Positions 16,484-19,051 of a stretch of 19,051 nt of DNA are shown piece by piece. Under the pieces are notes generated by a model. It was not told the origin of the DNA and searched no databases. It saw only the letters and a list, made by a program, of their open reading frames with translations. Made by a program: the position numbers and the translations under genes. The stretch is from an uncultured bacterium (GTDB lineage Bacteria > Hydrothermota > UBA3073 > NMUJ01), in contig CBFDTI010000021.1 of NCBI GenBank assembly GCA_965612795.1, positions 1-19,051 on the forward strand, in the 5' to 3' direction. Numbering within the stretch: the stretch's first letter is position 1; the number at the start of each line of letters is the position of its first letter.

Positions 16484-17996
16484 GAGCCACCTAACAAATA
16501 AAAGGGCGAGCGGCATCTTATTACATATCACATGTTTGCCATCACCTTATGGGGTGGGCGATCTTGGACCATGGGCGTATAGGTTTGTGAAGCTACTGCG
16601 GACAGCTAAGCAGAGTGTGTGGCAGATTTTGCCAATTAATCCAACCACCCCCGATAGGGGTAACTCTCCATACAACAGTTTGTCGGCGTTTGCGGGAAAT
16701 ATCTGGTTGATAAGCCCCGACATTATGGTGGAAGAGGGGCTACTTGCGAAAGAGGATATCGAACCGATACCTAAATTTACAGTGAGTAGAGTGGATTATC
16801 CCAAAGTTATCACCTATAAAAGGAAGTTATTTAATAAGGCGTATGAGAGGTTCAAGAAACTACACCTATATGAATCCGAATACGAGGCTTTTTATGAACA
16901 GAATGTGTGGTGGGTGGAGGATTATGCAACCTTTGTGGCATTGAAGGAATATTTCACGGGTAAAAGTTGGAACGAATGGCCATATGAGATAAGGGATAGG
17001 GAGCCAACAGCTTTACAGAGAGTAAGACAACGGCTTAGGGATAGGGTTGAACGTGAGAAGTTTCTTCAATTCCTGTTCTTCAGGCAGTGGTTTGCACTTA
17101 AAAGCTACTGTAATGAAAATGGGATAAGGATTTTTGGTGATATACCGATTTATGTAAGTTACGATAGTGTGGATGTGTGGACAACCCCGGAGATATTTAA
17201 GCTCGGTGACGATAAGCGTCCGTTGTATGTGGCGGGTGTGCCACCGGATTATTTTAGTCCAACCGGTCAGCTCTGGGGCAACCCCGTATATAGGTGGGAC
17301 GTGTTAAAGCAAACCGGTTACGAGTGGTGGATACGTAGGGTAGAACATAACTTGAGGCTGTTCGATATGGTGCGGATCGATCACTTTCGTGGGTTGGTGG
17401 GATATTGGGAAGTGCCAGCAGGTGAAAAGACTGCGGTTAGGGGGCGTTGGGTTAAAGCGGGGGCGGATGATTTCTTTGCTACACTTATGGAGCGGTTTGA
17501 TAGCTTACCGATAGTGGCGGAAGATCTGGGTGTCATAACCGAAGATGTGAGGGAAATTATGGAACGGTTCGAAATACCCGGTATGCGTGTGCTGTTGTTT
17601 GCGTTTGGTGACGATTTCCCGCACGGCCTTTATCTACCACACAATCATATCAGAGGATGTGTTGTGTATACTGGTACACATGATACCAACACTATAAGGG
17701 GATGGTTTGAACACGAGGCTACTCCAGAAGCTAAAGAAAGGTTGTTACGCTATATAGGGCGTAGGGGCTCGGTGGATGAGATACATTGGGAGTTGATACG
17801 GTTGGCGATGCTATCAGTAGCTGAGCTGGTGGTTATACCATTGCAGGATGTGTTGGGATTGGGTAAGGAGGCACGGATGAACCGTCCCGCTACTGCCAAG
17901 GGTAACTGGGAATGGCGGGTTTTGGATGACCAGTTAACCGCAACGAAATGGGTAGAAAAGCTATCGGAGCTCACAGAAACCTATGGTAGAGCGTAA
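16476..17996 (+). CDS. malQ: 4-alpha-glucanotransferase (amylomaltase, GH77)
   Basis: GILLHITCLP, WQILP, SPY, GDIPIYV, GVPPDYFS, GQLWGNP, RIDHFRG, AEDLG, YTGTHD, RMNRP, NWEWR. Confidence 0.97.
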   Translation: MGKSHLTNKRASGILLHITCLPSPYGVGDLGPWAYRFVKLLRTAKQSVWQILPINPTTPDRGNSPYNSLSAFAGNIWLISPDIMVEEGLLAKEDIEPIPKFTVSRVDYPKVITYKRKLFNKAYERFKKLHLYESEYEAFYEQNVWWVEDYATFVALKEYFTGKSWNEWPYEIRDREPTALQRVRQRLRDRVEREKFLQFLFFRQWFALKSYCNENGIRIFGDIPIYVSYDSVDVWTTPEIFKLGDDKRPLYVAGVPPDYFSPTGQLWGNPVYRWDVLKQTGYEWWIRRVEHNLRLFDMVRIDHFRGLVGYWEVPAGEKTAVRGRWVKAGADDFFATLMERFDSLPIVAEDLGVITEDVREIMERFEIPGMRVLLFAFGDDFPHGLYLPHNHIRGCVVYTGTHDTNTIRGWFEHEATPEAKERLLRYIGRRGSVDEIHWELIRLAMLSVAELVVIPLQDVLGLGKEARMNRPATAKGNWEWRVLDDQLTATKWVEKLSELTETYGRA

Positions 17997-18624
17997 GCTG
18001 AGGCAGCATTATCTTAGTGTACGGGATGAGATAAAACGTAGATTGGATGAATTTAAAAAGCTATGGCAAACTGGTGGCGATGATGAGATATTTGCTGAAC
18101 TTGTGTTCTGCATGTTGACACCACAGTCCAAAGCTAAAGTATGCTGGAGGGCGGTAGAGAATCTCATACGTAAGGGATTGTTGATAAAAGGAAGTAAGAG
18201 CCAAATCGCACATGAGCTGGTAGGGGTGCGATTTAACCGCAAGAAGGCTGAGCATATCGTAGGAGCACGTAAACAATTCATGGTGGATGGTAAAGTATCC
18301 ATTAAAGCCAGGATAGCGCAGTTTGATAACCCATTTGATGCAAGGGAATGGTTAGTGCATAACGTAAGGGGTATTGGATACAAGGAGGCGAGCCATTTTC
18401 TGCGAAACATAGGGAGAGGTGAAGAGCTTGCAATACTGGATAGACATATACTGAGAAGCTTGAAAACGTTGAATGTGATAGAAGAGATACCGAGGACGTT
18501 GTCAAAAGGTAAATACTTGGAGATAGAAGCGGAGATGAGAAAATTTGCAGAAAAAATTGATATACCCATGGGGGAGCTCGATCTACTATTATGGTACATG
18601 GGGACAGGTGAGATTTTTAAATGA
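17983..18624 (+). CDS. ogg: 8-oxoguanine DNA glycosylase/AP lyase (OGG2-type N-glycosylase/DNA lyase)
   Basis: ELVFCMLTPQS, HhH GIGYKEASHFLRN (catalytic Lys), AILDRH (Asp), DLLLWY, terminal Lys (GEIFK). Overlaps malQ by 14 bp. Confidence 0.93.
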   Translation: MVERKLRQHYLSVRDEIKRRLDEFKKLWQTGGDDEIFAELVFCMLTPQSKAKVCWRAVENLIRKGLLIKGSKSQIAHELVGVRFNRKKAEHIVGARKQFMVDGKVSIKARIAQFDNPFDAREWLVHNVRGIGYKEASHFLRNIGRGEELAILDRHILRSLKTLNVIEEIPRTLSKGKYLEIEAEMRKFAEKIDIPMGELDLLLWYMGTGEIFK

Positions 18625-18684
18625 TGTCAGGAAATTTGTTTCATCAGAAAAACATTTAAACTGGATGGTTGGACTTTGTGGTCC

Positions 18685-18713
18685 TTGATGGAGAATGAGG
18701 GTTAATCTATACT
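18685..18713 (+). promoter_or_regulatory. Putative sigma70 promoter upstream of sORF-sfsA
   Basis: TTGATG (18685-18690), 17 nt, TATACT (18708-18713). Confidence 0.55.
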
Positions 18714-18759
18714 ATTTTGGGAACAGTAAACAGTCATAAAATAAACATGAGGAGGTAGT

Positions 18760-18828
18760 ATGGGTTATCTGTGGTTAAGCGTTTTGCGAGCAACTTATAA
18801 AAGGAGACTACCGAAAGTAATGCCATGA
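18760..18828 (+). CDS. Small ORF, 22 aa (MGYLWLSVLRATYKRRLPKVMP)
   Basis: AGGAGGT at 18750-18756 before ATG 18760; stop TGA 18826-18828 overlaps the sfsA ATG (ATGA). Confidence 0.5.
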   Translation: MGYLWLSVLRATYKRRLPKVMP

Positions 18829-19051
18829 GATTACTTATGTCCATACCCTACGATGCTACTGCGGTATTCAAGTGTAGGGTGAATAAATTCCTGGGTGTGG
18901 TAGACATCCTAACCCCTGAACCGATGCATGATGTGGAGGTACACATACACGACCCGGGTAGGTTGACTGAATTACTCTATCCCGGCAATAAAGTGTTATT
19001 GAAAAGTGTCCACCGTAACACACGTAAGACGGGATGGGACGTTATCGCAGC
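18825..19051 (+). CDS. sfsA: DNA/RNA nuclease SfsA, 5' part (3'-truncated by window)
   Basis: Not in the ORF track. MRLLMSIPYDATAVFKCRVNKFLGVV...VHIHDPGRLTELLYPGNKVLL...RKTGWDVIA; RxNxF, HxxDPGRLxELL and RKT are SfsA N-terminal motifs. Confidence 0.92.
   Translation, partial: MRLLMSIPYDATAVFKCRVNKFLGVVDILTPEPMHDVEVHIHDPGRLTELLYPGNKVLLKSVHRNTRKTGWDVIA

Noticed and set aside
18622..18684. Weak inverted repeats after ogg (TGATG/CATCA, GGAC/GTCC)
   Set aside because: Stems are too short and lack a U-tract; not supportable as a terminator or ncRNA.

Overview
Gene-dense bacterial chromosomal window (dtd, yicC, gmk and tatC are bacterial-type), probably from a thermophilic, diderm lineage. FCB-related/WOR-3-like is an unverified impression. 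Left part (1-12.9 kb): 3' end of a 2-hydroxyacyl-CoA dehydratase/activase-associated gene; mpg (-); a + operon of transglutaminase-like protein, DJ-1/PfpI, dtd, yicC, gmk, CBM9/DUF5916-like protein and tatC; a - run of SAM hydroxide adenosyltransferase (DUF62), group II GGGP synthase and sirtuin; corA (+); and a - pair of bifunctional IPCT/DIPPS plus an orphan primase-like (AEP/RepB'-type) domain. Right part (13-19 kb, all +): rmuC, PAS-GAF-PAS histidine kinase, stand-alone receiver, a short kinase relic, malQ, ogg, a 22-codon ORF and the 5' part of sfsA. No rRNA, tRNA, CRISPR array, transposase or integrase was seen. Most notable: (i) a stand-alone phage-type primase domain with substituted His motifs overlapping the DIP-synthesis gene; (ii) an archaeal-type group II GGGP synthase in a bacterium; (iii) recurring promoter-like boxes 5-6 nt before SD-less ATGs, suggesting leaderless mRNAs; (iv) ultra-short, uncharged hydrophobic N-termini on several proteins; (v) a Cys-rich GAF sensor; (vi) an unannotated sORF coupled to sfsA. 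All product calls come from motif recognition by eye, not database searches.
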